Shown here in pieces: positions 11,072-22,574 of a DNA stretch of 64,000 nucleotides. Position numbers and translations under genes: made by a program. The stretch spans positions 136,650,001 to 136,714,000 of the forward strand of contig NC_086097.1 in NCBI RefSeq assembly GCF_963921235.1. Direction: 5' to 3'. The stretch's first letter is position 1, and each line of letters opens with the position of its first letter. The stretch is from Mobula hypostoma. Its lineage: Eukaryota. Under the pieces are notes generated by a model. It had not been told where the DNA came from and did no database searches. It saw only the letters and a list, made by a program, of their open reading frames with translations.

Positions 11072-12239
11072 GTGAGTGTTTCCAGTGTGGGATGGGAGAT
11101 TATGCCATGAAAGTAGTATTGATTTATTATTGTCACGTATAATACAACAAAGCTTTTTATTTTGCAAGTCATCCGGAAAGATTATTTGAGTAGTACAAAG
11201 AAAACAAAATGCAGAGTATGGTGTTACATTTAACCAGAAAAGTGCAGGTCAAAAATAAGCTACACAGGTGATGATGAGGTAGATTGGAAGATCAAGAATT
11301 TATCTTTTAGTATGAGATGTCCATTCAAGAAAAAAAGCTTTACTACTTCATATAGTCAGACAGTGACAGAAGAATAAAGCATTCTAAATGATCATCATTC
11401 CTTTTTCTCCTTTTTGTACTTCTGAAGGGACTAAGATCCCTTGGGATAAATATCAAGGGTACCCAAAGCTTTATATTCAGCCCTAGTTGGTGAAAAAACG
11501 AATCAAACCCTCGCCTTCAAATTTCCAAATGATTGAATTGTACATAACTGTGGCAATCCAGTTTGAGTAGGTTGTATTTAATTCCAGGTTGTTTTGTGGC
11601 ATTTTCCATGCTGTGCAGACTGGTATTAGTTCTGTTGTGGAACTGACTCCCAAGTCCACAGTAGATGTGGGGTTGAAGGCAAAGCCAAAGAGGTGAACGA
11701 GGGTGGCGGTTGCAGGGTGGGGGTGGAGAGGAATAATGATGAAATGAGGTGGACACAAGCACCACAGTAAACAGTTGTTGTTATTAAGTGGATGGTCCAA
11801 AATGTTGCAGGACTTTGACTCGAGCCCTAATTTTAGGATTAGGCACTATGCTACTTGCTGTAAAGAGAGTGTAAGGAAATCAACTCATAACAATTTCCAT
11901 TTATTGGTATGTAATGTGATCATCTGTCTCAGAGGAGCCATGAGGTCATTAATGCAAGGAACTGTGAATATGTAGTATCATGTGGTGGACTGTGCTTGGA
12001 GATTGTGCTGAGTTTGATGGTTAAGAATGATCAGAAGTATGCGCACACATTTCATGGATTAATGATTACAGAGTTAATCCATTCAAAATGCCCAGTAATT
12101 TAACTCTTAATGACCAGTGAGGTAAGGTTTCAATGACTACAAACTTTCAATGGTTACATTGGGAGCATTTCATGAGTACTTTAGCCTTGCAGGAAGTGAA
12201 CTTGCAGAAAATACCATTATTCAAGGATTAAAACATGGA

Positions 12240-13205
12240 CAGAAATTGCAGAATCCAGGATAGTATTCCATGGAATTTATAGAAGATATAAGGTATGATT
12301 TATTTAGTATTTTTAAGAGATTTAATAGAATTTATAGAGTTTGTAAAGAGAAGCTATTTCCAGTAGTTGGGGAGTCTATGATAAGGTGGCCAGAGCATGA
12401 AAATGAGAGTGGACTCCTCAGGAGTGAGGAAGGCACTTACTTGCTCTGCAATATACAAGGTGCTAGAAATTAGGACCCAAGAGACTACAGATGCTGGAAT
12501 CTGGAGCAACAATCTACTCGGGAAACTCAATAGACCAGGCAGATTCCGTGGGGGGGAAATGGAGAGTCATTGTTTTGTATCGATTGTCCATTTCTCTCTA
12601 CAGACGCTGCCCGACCTGCTGAGTTCCTCCAGCAGTCATTTTGTTGAAGAAATTAGGAATTCTTTGCAAATTTCAATGGTTCATGATTAATTTTATATTA
12701 AAAATTTAATAATAAAAAATCTCCAGAATTATCAATGGAAAAGGAGTTCAAGGGAAAGTAAAAGAGTTTGACTGTAGGTCAAATGCTCGCTCACTAATTG
12801 TCAGTGCAGGATGGAGAAGCTGAATGTTTTCTTTCTGTTGCTGTGCTCCTAACTGGATATCCTGAATTACCTTCCTAAACCAATGAGAATGCAGCATGGA
12901 CTATAATAGAGGCATAAATAGAAAAGATGGCCAGCATCTTTTTTTCTCTCCCCACGGTCAAGGTATCGAATACTAGAAGGCATGTATTCAAGGTGATATG
13001 GGGAAGAGTTCAAATGGCAGTAGATGCCTGGAATATGCTGCCACAAATTGTGGTGTAAGCAATTATGATATAGGCATTTAGAAGGTTCTTGGATCTGCAG
13101 AAACTGGAAGGATGTGGACCATGTGCAGCCAGAAGGGAATTGGGTATCATTAGCTTGATGAGTTCAGTACACATTATGGTCAACAGATCTGTTCCTCTGT
13201 TCTAT
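12240..13205 (+). mobile_element. Heavily decayed CR1 3' fragments with an embedded Penelope-derived unit (about 12480-12645)
   Basis: EKLFPVVGES-like CR1 C-terminal remnants; cagatgctggaatctggag...cctgctgagttcctccagca unit. Confidence 0.5.
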
Positions 13206-14026
13206 AAGCATGGAAAATTCTGAAACATAATGATTAAATCTTCCTAAATTTAATTTCTGACCTTTGTTAATGTTGACCACTTTCCCCTAATATTGATAAT
13301 TAACCGCCCAAAGCAGAAACTGCTTCGGAGTGCAGTCATGTGTACATGCAGGCTTGCCAGTTGTCAAGCTTGGCTTGAGGTGCCATTCTCCACATCGAAT
13401 CAGTACTCCCTGAGGGTTGTCCTATCAGGCTAGCAGCTGAAGGAAACCACAGCACTAGGCAAGACTTACTGGAATTGCCCCTGAGGTCTGTAGAATGTAA
13501 AGCCTACGGATGATACCATTTTAACACCAAGTGGATTTTTTTTCTTGTATCAATAGAAATGACAGAATAAAACTAGAATACATCAGAGGTGAGATGGAGA
13601 AGCTGTTGATACAGTTGTCAACTTGATTCAGATTGGCATATTACTCAATAAAGGGCAGGTTTGCAACTTCTTGGCACTGTTCATTATCCAGTTCCCACAG
13701 CAGGAGGGAGGCTTGGTGTTTAATAGAAAACAGAGGTAAAATTATCTTGCTGCAAACCCAATCTTCCAGAATGCAACTAACAATCACAATTAGTTGATGA
13801 CTTTATAGTTAAGCAATGGGTGACGCACTAGTTAAAGTCCCTGTACACTTCTATCCCTCCATCAGGAAGGCCTCAAGGATCTCCATTTCTCTCTGGACAA
13901 CAGACCCAACCAACTCCCCTTCCCTCCCCCCACAACCTCCTCCGTCATGTGGAGCTGGCACTTACATTCAGCAATATCTCTTTTGGCCCCTCCCATTTTC
14001 CCCAAACCCAGTCCCAGTTTATATTG

Positions 14027-14213
14027 GCTACGTGAATCAACCCGTGTTCCAAGCCTTCACTAGTAATGCGCCTCTACTCTTTATACGCTACGTGGATCAA
14101 CCCGTGTTCCAAGCCTTCACTAGTAATGCGCCTCTACTCTTTATACGCTACGTGGATCAACCCGTGTTCCAAGCCTTCACTAGTAATGCGCCTCTACTCT
14201 TTATACGCTACGT
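14027..14213 (+). repeat. 60-bp tandem repeat x3 inside Penelope RT
   Basis: Lines 14041, 14101 and 14161 are identical over 53 nt; period 60; unit bounded by gctacgt. Confidence 0.95.
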
Positions 14214-14423
14214 TGAGGACTGCATTGGTGCTGCCTCCTCCACCCATGCTAAATTTGTTAATTTCATCAACTTTTCCTGAATCTTCCACCCCACCCTCAG
14301 ATTATTGGGTCAATCTGGCATCTCCCCCTCCCCCTCTTTGATTTTTCTCAGTCTGTCTCCAGAAATGGATTATCTATCAATATCTCTCACAAATCCTTGA
14401 TTCCCACAGATATCTGGACTATA

Positions 14424-14833
14424 TCTTCATTCGTAAGGCCAGAGATGTTGTGGGGATGGAACTGGACTCTCTGACTGTGGTGTCTGAAAAGAGGATGCTG
14501 TCTAAGTTGCATGCCATCTTGGACAATGTCTCCCATCCACTACATAATATACTGGTTGGGTACAGGAGTACATTCAGCCAGAGACTCATTCCACCGAGAT
14601 GCAACACAGAGTGTCATAGGAAGTCATTCCTGCCTGTGGCCATCAAACTTTACAACTCCTCCCTTGGAGGGTCAGACACCCTGAGCCAATAGGCTGGTCC
14701 TGGACTTACTTCCTGGCATAATTTACATATTACTATTTAATTAATTATGGTTTTATTACTATTTATTACTTATGGTGCAACTGTAATGAAAACCAGTTTC
14801 CCCCGGGATCAATAAAGTATGACTATGACTACT
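14424..14833 (+). mobile_element. Rex1-type LINE 3' end with (GACTAT)n tail, nested in Penelope
   Basis: RKSFLPVAIKLYN C-terminus; aataaagtatgactatgact tail; closely similar to 53292-53922. Confidence 0.8.
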
Positions 14834-15501
14834 ATCTCTTCCCACCGCTTCACACGTAAAATGTCATTCCCTTCTTTAAGTTCCTCTGCCACATCTGTTC
14901 TCAGGATGAGGCTTTCCATTCTAGGATTTCCTCTTATTTTTTCAAACAATGGCATTTCCCTCTACCACCACCAATGCTGCCCCCCCCTCACTCATACCTT
15001 ATCCATTTCCCACATGTCTGCCCTTGCCCTATTCCACCCTACCCCTCTTCCCCCCACCCCCAGCACAATATAATAGGATAGGGTTCCCCTTGTCCTCACC
15101 TACCACCCACAAGCTGCACCTGCTGGTCCTGGCGGCCTCCTCTACACTGGGAGACCATTTCTTCGAGCACCTTCACTCTGTCAGCTGAAACAGACAGGAT
15201 CTCCCAGTGGCCACCCATTTCGATTCCCATCATTCCACTACCCACCAGGGATAATACATAGCAGCCAATGAGCCTCTGCAGGGAGAAGGCACAAACTCCA
15301 CTCACTCGGAACCCAAGGTCAGGATTGCCAGAGCTCCGCCAGGTGTCCCACTGTGGCCCCCATTTCTAACTTGGGGTTCAGTATTTTCCTTTTACTAATT
15401 GCTGCTGCAGGTTGCATTTTCACTCAGTGCCACTCAATGCAGGCAAGTATTTTTCTTGACTGAACTACTCCTAATGCTGGTGTTATTTATGTGCCCCACA
15501 G

Positions 15502-15692
15502 CATGTACATACAGGACCCAGGAGTGCTGTCTGAAAATTCATTACGAAAATGGATTTTCTATCTTAAAAGACGCACAGGAGGGAAGCATGCAAAAGTTGA
15601 TTTGCCACTATTCCTTTGAGAAATTAAAGAACTCCTCAGATGATGGCGTGAGAATGCTCTATCTAGACTTTGGTGGAAGGGACGGGGAAATT
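15502..15692 (+). CDS. SNTB1: Beta-1-syntrophin penultimate exon (start of syntrophin-unique domain)
   Basis: ccccacag|CA...GAAATT|gtaagt; 191 nt. Encodes CTYRTQECCLKIHYENGFS...SFEKLKNSSDDGVRMLYLDFGGRDGEI. Phase 1 in and phase 0 out fit both neighbours. Confidence 0.96.
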
Positions 15693-15879
15693 GTAAGTAC
15701 TTTTCATTTCCTCTGTCTGGTACTGTAGTACAACTACAACAACTGTGTTCATATAGCATGTTTAATACAGTAAAACACCCTAAGGGCCATCATAGGAGTA
15801 ATACCAAAAAAAGGTGACATTCGTTATTGGGTTCTGATGAAAGATCATCAAACTGAAACAGTAACTGCTTCTCATAAAC

Positions 15880-16960
15880 ACAATAAATTCTGCAGAGGCT
15901 GGAAATCTTAAAGCAATGCATATGAAATGCCAAATTGCTGAAGGAACTCAACAGGTCAGGCAGCATCTACAGTTGACGTTTCAGGTTGAGATCCTCCTTC
16001 AGGATTAGAAAGGAAGTGGGAAGATGCCAGAATTTAAAAAAGTGCAGGGAGAGGAAAGGAAGACAGCTGGAAAGTGGTGGGTGAAGCCAAGTGGATCGGA
16101 AAGGTAAAGGGCTGGAGAGGAAGGAATCTGATAGAGAAGGAGAGTGGACCATGGGAGAAGGGGAAGGAGGAGGGAATCCAGGGGGAGGTGATAAGCAGAC
16201 GAGAAGAGCTACGAGGCCAGAAAGGGGAGGGGGAGGGAGAGGGAGAGGGAATTTTCTTTTACTGGAAGGAGAAATCGATATTCATGTCATCAGGTTGAAT
16301 AAGGAGTTGCATCCCCATCCTGAGGGTGGCCTCGTGGCACCAAGAGGAGGCCATCAATCGATATGTTGGAACAGGAATAGGAATTGGAATTAAAATGTTT
16401 TGCCACTGGGAAGAAGTTCCGCTTTTGGCAGATGGAGCGGAGGTGCTCGACGAAGCGGTCCCCCAATTTACAACAGGTCTCACCAATGCAGAGGAGGCTG
16501 CATCGGGAGCACCAGATACAACAGATGACCCCAGTGGATTTGCAGGCGAAGTGTTGCCTCACCTGGAAGGACTGTTTGGGGCCCTGAATGGAGATGAGGG
16601 AGGAGGTGAATGGGCAAATGTTGCACTTTGGCCGCTTGAAGGGAAGATGGGGTGAGCGTGGATGTCCGTGAAATGGAGGAGATGCAGGTGAGGGCAGCAT
16701 CAATGGTGCAGGAAGGGAAACCCCACTCCTTGCAGAAGGAGGGCATCTCTGAGATCATGGAAAGGAAAGCCTCACCCTGAGAACAGACGAAACTGAGAAA
16801 AAGGAATGGCGTTTTTGGAGACGGTGGGACGAGGTATAGTCAAGATAGCTGTGGGAATTGGTAGGTTTGTAAAAGATGTTGATCGACAGTTTGTCTCCAC
16901 AGATGAAGACAGAGATCAAGAAAGGGGAGAGAGGTGTCAGAAGTGGACCAAATGAATTTA
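15880..16960 (-). mobile_element. Penelope-like element 3' half (GIY-YIG endonuclease + terminal repeat)
   Basis: ORF 16290-16703 C..C...GVICCIWCSRCSLLCIGET..LGDRFVEHL...VAKHFN; degenerate hammerhead motif at about 15970-16006. Confidence 0.85.
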
Positions 16961-17118
16961 AGGCCCTTGTGTATTTTAAATCTTGTTGTTGTACCAGCCT
17001 GTGCAGACCAGCTGGCTGGAATATTCAATGATTCTAAAAGCAAGTAGAATCTCTTTCTATATGGCTATACTGAAGATTGTAATAACTCAGGGCTGCTCCT
17101 CTTTTGTTCCCCACCTAG

Positions 17119-17211
17119 CAACTGGACCTTCACTCGTGTCCCAAACCCGTTGTGTTCATCATCCACTCGTTCCTTTCAGCAAAGATTGCACGGCTCGGCC
17201 TGCTGGCTTGA
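17119..17211 (+). CDS. SNTB1: Beta-1-syntrophin terminal coding exon
   Basis: cttttgttccccacctag|CAA; encodes [30 protein letters not shown], the canonical syntrophin C-terminus; TGA at 17209-17211. Confidence 0.96.
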   Translation, partial: QLDLHSCPKPVVFIIHSFLSAKIARLGLLA

Positions 17212-17422
17212 GGCAAGAGCGTCTACTCAGTGAAGCAGCAGCCTCCGAGGGGGCAGCCTCCGGGGGGAAGGACAGAGCTGCGAGGAGTGCAATCTTTAAT
17301 CTTTAATAGAATCAGAAAGATAGTTTATTTAATAGAGAAAAGATTTGTAACAAGTCAATTTTAAAGGCACCTTGCTGGTTTTATAACAAAACTTTGAATT
17401 CTTTTCTATCCTGTTGAGGTTT

Positions 17423-17428
17423 AATAAA
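17423..17428 (+). terminator. Candidate proximal poly(A) signal of SNTB1
   Basis: First AATAAA, about 210 nt after the stop, in AT-rich unique sequence. Actual use is unknown; the UTR may be longer. Confidence 0.35.
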
Positions 17429-17779
17429 TTTTCCAATCATTGTTGGTAGAAAATCATAATCTTCTCTAGCAAATTCACAAACTAAAGTGTGTAATGTTAT
17501 GCCTTATTCCTACTTGCCCACCGTATAAGTGAAGAAACACTCATAATTTCAGATAATGAATATTCTTTTTAATTCCACATTCTCTAAAACGGCTGTTGCC
17601 AATTAGATTTTATAAATATGTAAAATGAGATTTAAGCTAAAATCACATTATATCATTAAAAAATGTTGCAGCTACTTTGTTTCTTGATTTTATTTTGACT
17701 GGAGGGGAAATCACTTTGTGACTGGGGACTTTTACCATGGTGCTGTTTATGGTTATCTGCTTGTTTCCGCTTCTGCCAG

Positions 17780-17975
17780 TTTTGGCTGAGTCAGCTACTT
17801 CCCCTTCCAGGTAGAAGACTGTGTGGATGAGTTTCATCCAGACAAATCTCAGCAGACACTAGAGTGCTATACTGAGGGAGGTGCTAACTTTCAATTGAGA
17901 CGTTAACCCAAGAAATAGGTTCCCCTTTCCAGGGCAAATTCCACATTCAAGTTTGGATTGGAGCAGGGCATTTCA
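17780..17975 (+). mobile_element. Degenerate Deu-domain-like SINE
   Basis: gcagacactagagtgctatactgagggaggtgctaactttcaattgagacgttaac resembles the DeuSINE central domain as I recall it (not aligned). Confidence 0.4.
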
Positions 17976-18890
17976 TAGAAACATAGAAACATAGAAAATA
18001 GGTGCAGGAGTAGGCCATTCGGCCCTTCGAGCCTGCACCACCATTTATTATGATCATGGCTGATCATCCAACTCAGAACCCAGCCTTCCCTCCATACCCC
18101 CTGACCCCTGTAGCCACAAGGGCCATATCTAACTTCCTCTTAAACACAGCCAATGAACCGGCCTCAACAGTTTGCTGTGGCAGAGAATTCCACAGATTCA
18201 CCACTCTCTGTGTGAAGAAGTTTTTCCTAATCTCGGTCCTAAAAGGCTTCCCCTCTATCCTCAAACTGTGACCCCTCGTTCTGGACCTCCCCAACATCGG
18301 GAACAATCTTCCCGCATCTAGCCTGTCCAATCCCTTTAGGATCTTATACGTTTCAATCAGATCCCCCCTCAATCTTCTAAATTCCAACGAGTACAAGCCC
18401 AGTTCATCCAGTCTTTCTTCATATGAAAGACCTGCCATCCCAGGAATCAATCTGGTGAACCTTCTTTGTACTCCCTCTATGGCAAAGATGTCTTTCCTCA
18501 GATTAGGGGACCAAAACTGCACACAATACTCCAGGTGTGGTCTCACCAAGGCCTTGTACAACTGCAGTAGTACCTCCCTGCTCCTGTACTCGAATCCTCT
18601 CGCTATAAATGCCAGCATACCGTTCGCCCTTTTCACCGCCTGCTGTACCTGCATTCCCACTTTCAATGACTGGTGTATAATGACACCCAGGTCTCGTTGC
18701 ACCTCCCCTTTTCCTAATCGGCCACCATTCAGATAATAATCTGTTTTCCTATTTTTGCCACCAAAGTGGATAACTTCACATTTATCCACATTAAATTGCA
18801 TCTGCCATGAGTTTGCCCACTCACCCAACCTATCCAAGTCACCCTGCATCCTCTTGGCATCCTCCTCACTGCTAATACTGCCACCCATCT
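17975..18890 (-). mobile_element. Young CR1 3' fragment, same family as 4962-7797, inverted
   Basis: ORF 18073-18888 (271 aa) is almost identical to the C-terminus of the 871-aa ORF; catagaaa tail. Confidence 0.95.
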
Positions 18891-19429
18891 GGACATCATT
18901 GTTGATATTTCAACCATAGGACATGAGATCAGAATTAGGCCACTTGACTCATCGAGTCTGCTCTGCCATTCCACCCTGGCTGATTTATTATCCCCCTCAT
19001 CCCCATTCTCCTGCCTTTTCCCTGTAACCTTAGATTCTTGATTAGTCAGGACATCAAACAACCTCTGCTTAAATATACCCAATAACTTGGCTTCCACAGC
19101 AGTCCAGAGCAATGAATTCCACAGATTCAGCACCCTCTGGCTGAAGAAATTCCTTCTCATCTCTGTTCTAAATGGAAGTCCCTCAATTCTGAGGTTGAGC
19201 CCTCTGGTCCTAGGCTCACCTACTATGGGAAGCATCGTCTCCTCATCCACTGTATCTAGGCTTTCCAATATTTGGTAGGTTTCAAGTACAGGCCCAGAGC
19301 CATCACACACTCCTCATACATTGATTCTGGGAATGAAAGAGATAATCTCATGAACCTGCTCTGGATCCTCTCCAATGCCAGCGCATCTTTTCTTAGATAA
19401 TGGACGCAAAGCTGCTATCATTACTCCAA

Positions 19430-19845
19430 ACATGAGAAAATCTGCAGATGCTGGAAATCCAAGGCAAAATACATGGAATGCTGGTGGAACTCAGCAGGCA
19501 AGACAGCATCTTGTAGAAAAGAGTACCATCAATTTCTTGAACTTTTGGTAATTGCCCAATCCCTCCCTCCCTCATTCCCCATAACCTGCTTCCCCTCCTA
19601 TCTCCTTACCCTGCCCATCACCTCCCTCTGGTACTCCTCCCCCTTTCCTTTCTTCCATGATTTTCTACCCTCTCCTATCAGATTCCCCCTCCTCCAGCTG
19701 TTTATCTCCTTCACCAATCAACTTCCCAGCTCCTTACTTCACCCCTTCCCCTCTCCCAGTTTCACCTATCACCTGCCACGTTGTGCTTCTCCCTACCTTC
19801 TTGCTCTGACTTCTCATCTTTTTCTCCAGTCTTGATGAAGGGTCA
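19430..19845 (+). mobile_element. Penelope terminal-repeat fragment
   Basis: Inverted tctgcagatgctggaaatcc end, pyrimidine-rich body, truncated cagtcttgatgaagggtc. Confidence 0.65.
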
Positions 19846-20277
19846 TTTTATAAACCGTTTACACGGTACTCCAGGTATGGCAAATGCGTTATAAAACCTC
19901 AGCATCACATCCTTCGGGTTCATGTTTAATTATCATTCAACAATACATGAATACAGCCAAACAAAACGACCACCACCTCAACCTGCAAGTTATCCTTTAG
20001 GGAATCCTACACAAGGACTCCCACGTTCCTCTGATTTTAGAACTTACTCTCCCTTTACAAAATAGTCTACGCCTTTATGCATTCTGCCAAAGTGCATAAC
20101 CATAAGCTTCCCTCCACTATATTCCATCCACCACTTCCTTGCCCATTCTCCCAATCTGTCCAAGTCCTTCTGCAGACTCCCTGCTCCACCAACACTACCT
20201 ACCCCTCCACCTATCATTGCATTGTCTGCAAACTTGGCCCCAAAGCCATCAATTCCGTCATCCCAATTGTTGACATA

Positions 20278-22574
20278 CAGTGCCTTGAAAATGTATTCAG
20301 CTCCCACAACTACTTTCACATTTTACTGTCTCATTTTCTAAATTTAAAATGTACTGAAGCAGGATATTTTTGAGCTAATCTATAAAATGTTGTATGTCAT
20401 GTCAAATTAAAAGAAAGAACCTGTCAACAATTTACTAAAAGTTAAAAATGAAAATCGGTAGGCTGAAGAAGTATTTGTTCCCTTTTTAATTACCTGGCTA
20501 ACTTTTCTTAGGTATATTACCTTACCAACTCACCCAATTTGTTGATGTAGAAAATTGGAGGATCACCTGAATAAATATGCTGTCTCTCTGCAAGGTCCAA
20601 CAGCATGGTAGATTTTTAACAGACCAAACCAAAATGAATATATGCATCTCAGAGCTCAGTGCATTGTTAAAAAAGTGGAAAACATATGAAACCATAGCCC
20701 CCTCCTTTACTGTCTATATATCTGTGAATGTGTCACCACCCACAGCTCCAATCTGCTAATTAAATTTGCTGATGACACTACATTGATTGGCCTAATCACA
20801 AGGCAGCCTACAGAGAAGTCATCTTCACCCCTTACACAGTGGTGTCAAGAAAACAAACTCTCCCTCAGTGTCGCAAAAACAAAGGAGCTGGTTGTGGACT
20901 ACAGGAGGAATAGAGACAGGCTAACCCCTAATGACATCAATGGATTTGGGATTGAGAGGGGGAACAGCTTTAAGTTCCCCGGCATACACATCACTGAGGA
21001 TCTCACGTGATTTGTACATACCGGCTGTGTGGTGAAAAAAGCACAACAACACCTCTTTCACTTCAGACAGTTGAAGTTTGGTATGGGCCCCCAAATCCTA
21101 AGAACTTCTACAGGGGCACAATTGAGAGCATCCTGACTGGCTGCATTACTGCCTGGTATGGGAACCATACTTCCCTCAATTGCAAGATTCTGCAGAGAGT
21201 GGTGTGGACAGCCCAGCACATCTGTGGATGTGAACTCTCCACTATTCAGGACATTTACAAGGACAGGTGTGTAAAAAGGGCCTGAAGGATCATTGGGGAC
21301 CTGAGTCATCCCAAGCACAAACTGTTCCAGGAAACCGCAGCATAAAAGCCGGGACCAACAGGCCATCAGACTGATTAATTCATGCTGATACAATTATATT
21401 TCTATGCTATATTGACTGTCCTGTTGTACACACTATTTATTACAAATTACTATAAATTGCACATACAGACAGAGATGTAACGTAAAGATTTTTACTCATG
21501 TTATGTGAAGGATGTAAGTAATAAAGTCAATTCAATTCAGTACTGCCTAGGTCAGGCCACTCCTCTGAACTTAATCACCACAAAAGAATGGCACTTGTAA
21601 GAGAGGCTACTGTGACGCCAACAGTCACTCTACGTGAGCTGCAGAATTCAGCAGCTGCAACTGGAGATGAAGTTCACGGCTCCACAATCTCTAAGGTGTT
21701 GTACAAAATGGGTACATTTATGGAAGAGTGCAAGGAAGAAGCCTTAGCTTTTAAAAATAACCACATCCTTGCCCATCAAGTCTTTGCAAAGTGTGATTTT
21801 AAAGATACTGTAAAGATGTGGTCTTATGGTCAGATGATAAAGTTGAACTTTTGACCTCAACACTAAGCGGTACATGTGACGTAAATCTAATACTGTACAT
21901 CAGTCAGGTAACACCATCACTACTGTCAAGTATGGTGGCGATAGTATCATGCTATAGGGATGCTTTTCAATGGTAGGGACTGGAAAGCTGATCAGGATTG
22001 ATGGATGGGAAGATGAATGCTGCTAAATACAGAGAGATCCTGAATTAAAAACCTGCTAGCCTCTGCCAGAAAGCTTAAATTGGGGAGGAATTTCATCTTT
22101 CAGCAGGCTAACAACCCAAAGCACACTGCCAGAGCAACCATGGAGTGGCTTCAAATGAAGAAAATTGACCTTAACCCAATCAAACATCTCTGATAAGATC
22201 TTAAGATTGCTCCCCGACTAACCTGGCGCAGCTGGAGCAATTTTGCAAGGAGGAATGGGCAAATCTTGCTCCATCATGTTATGCAAAACTAATAGGGACT
22301 TATCCAAAAGGAATACTGGCTGTAGTAGCTGTGAGGGGTGGTTCAACTAGGTACTGAGCAAAGGTGGATAAATACTCTTGAAATGCTGACATTTCAATTT
22401 AGTTTTTCATGCTTTACAATTTACCCTGTTTTGGGGCTCTACTGTGAAAAAAGGAACATATGATTCACACACAAAAAAAAATCCCAGCTAAATTGATCAA
22501 AACCCCTGGCTGTTTTACTCATTTATGTAAACAGAGGGTTTGGGTTTGGGGCTGATTACTTTTATAAGGAACTG
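20278..22574 (+). mobile_element. Tc1/mariner DNA transposon, decayed, with TIRs
   Basis: TA|cagtgccttgaaaatgtattcagc ... gctgattacttttataaggaactg; transposase remnants [24 protein letters not shown] and LNPIKHL. Confidence 0.85.
20700..21540 (+). mobile_element. Rex1 LINE 3' fragment nested in Tc1
   Basis: KFADDTT, KTKELVVDYRR, IESILTGCITAWYGN; tcaattcaattca tail. Confidence 0.85.

Larger units (their letters stand above)
13820..15235 (+). mobile_element. Decayed Penelope-like element (RT and GIY-YIG remnants)
   Basis: GYV..QP.FQ...FIRYVEDCIGAASST (RT DD motif region) and LGDHFFEHL (GIY-YIG). Confidence 0.75.

Noticed and set aside
14027..14213. CRISPR-like array
   Set aside because: Units are contiguous and identical with no unique spacers; eukaryotic context with no cas genes.
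15399..15728. Stand-alone 109-aa secreted protein with signal peptide
   Set aside because: The hydrophobic N-terminus is translated intron; the real content is the SNTB1 exon 15502-15692.
16983..17306. 107-aa ORF overlapping the SNTB1 last exon
   Set aside because: Alternative frame with a non-ATG start and no recognisable homology.
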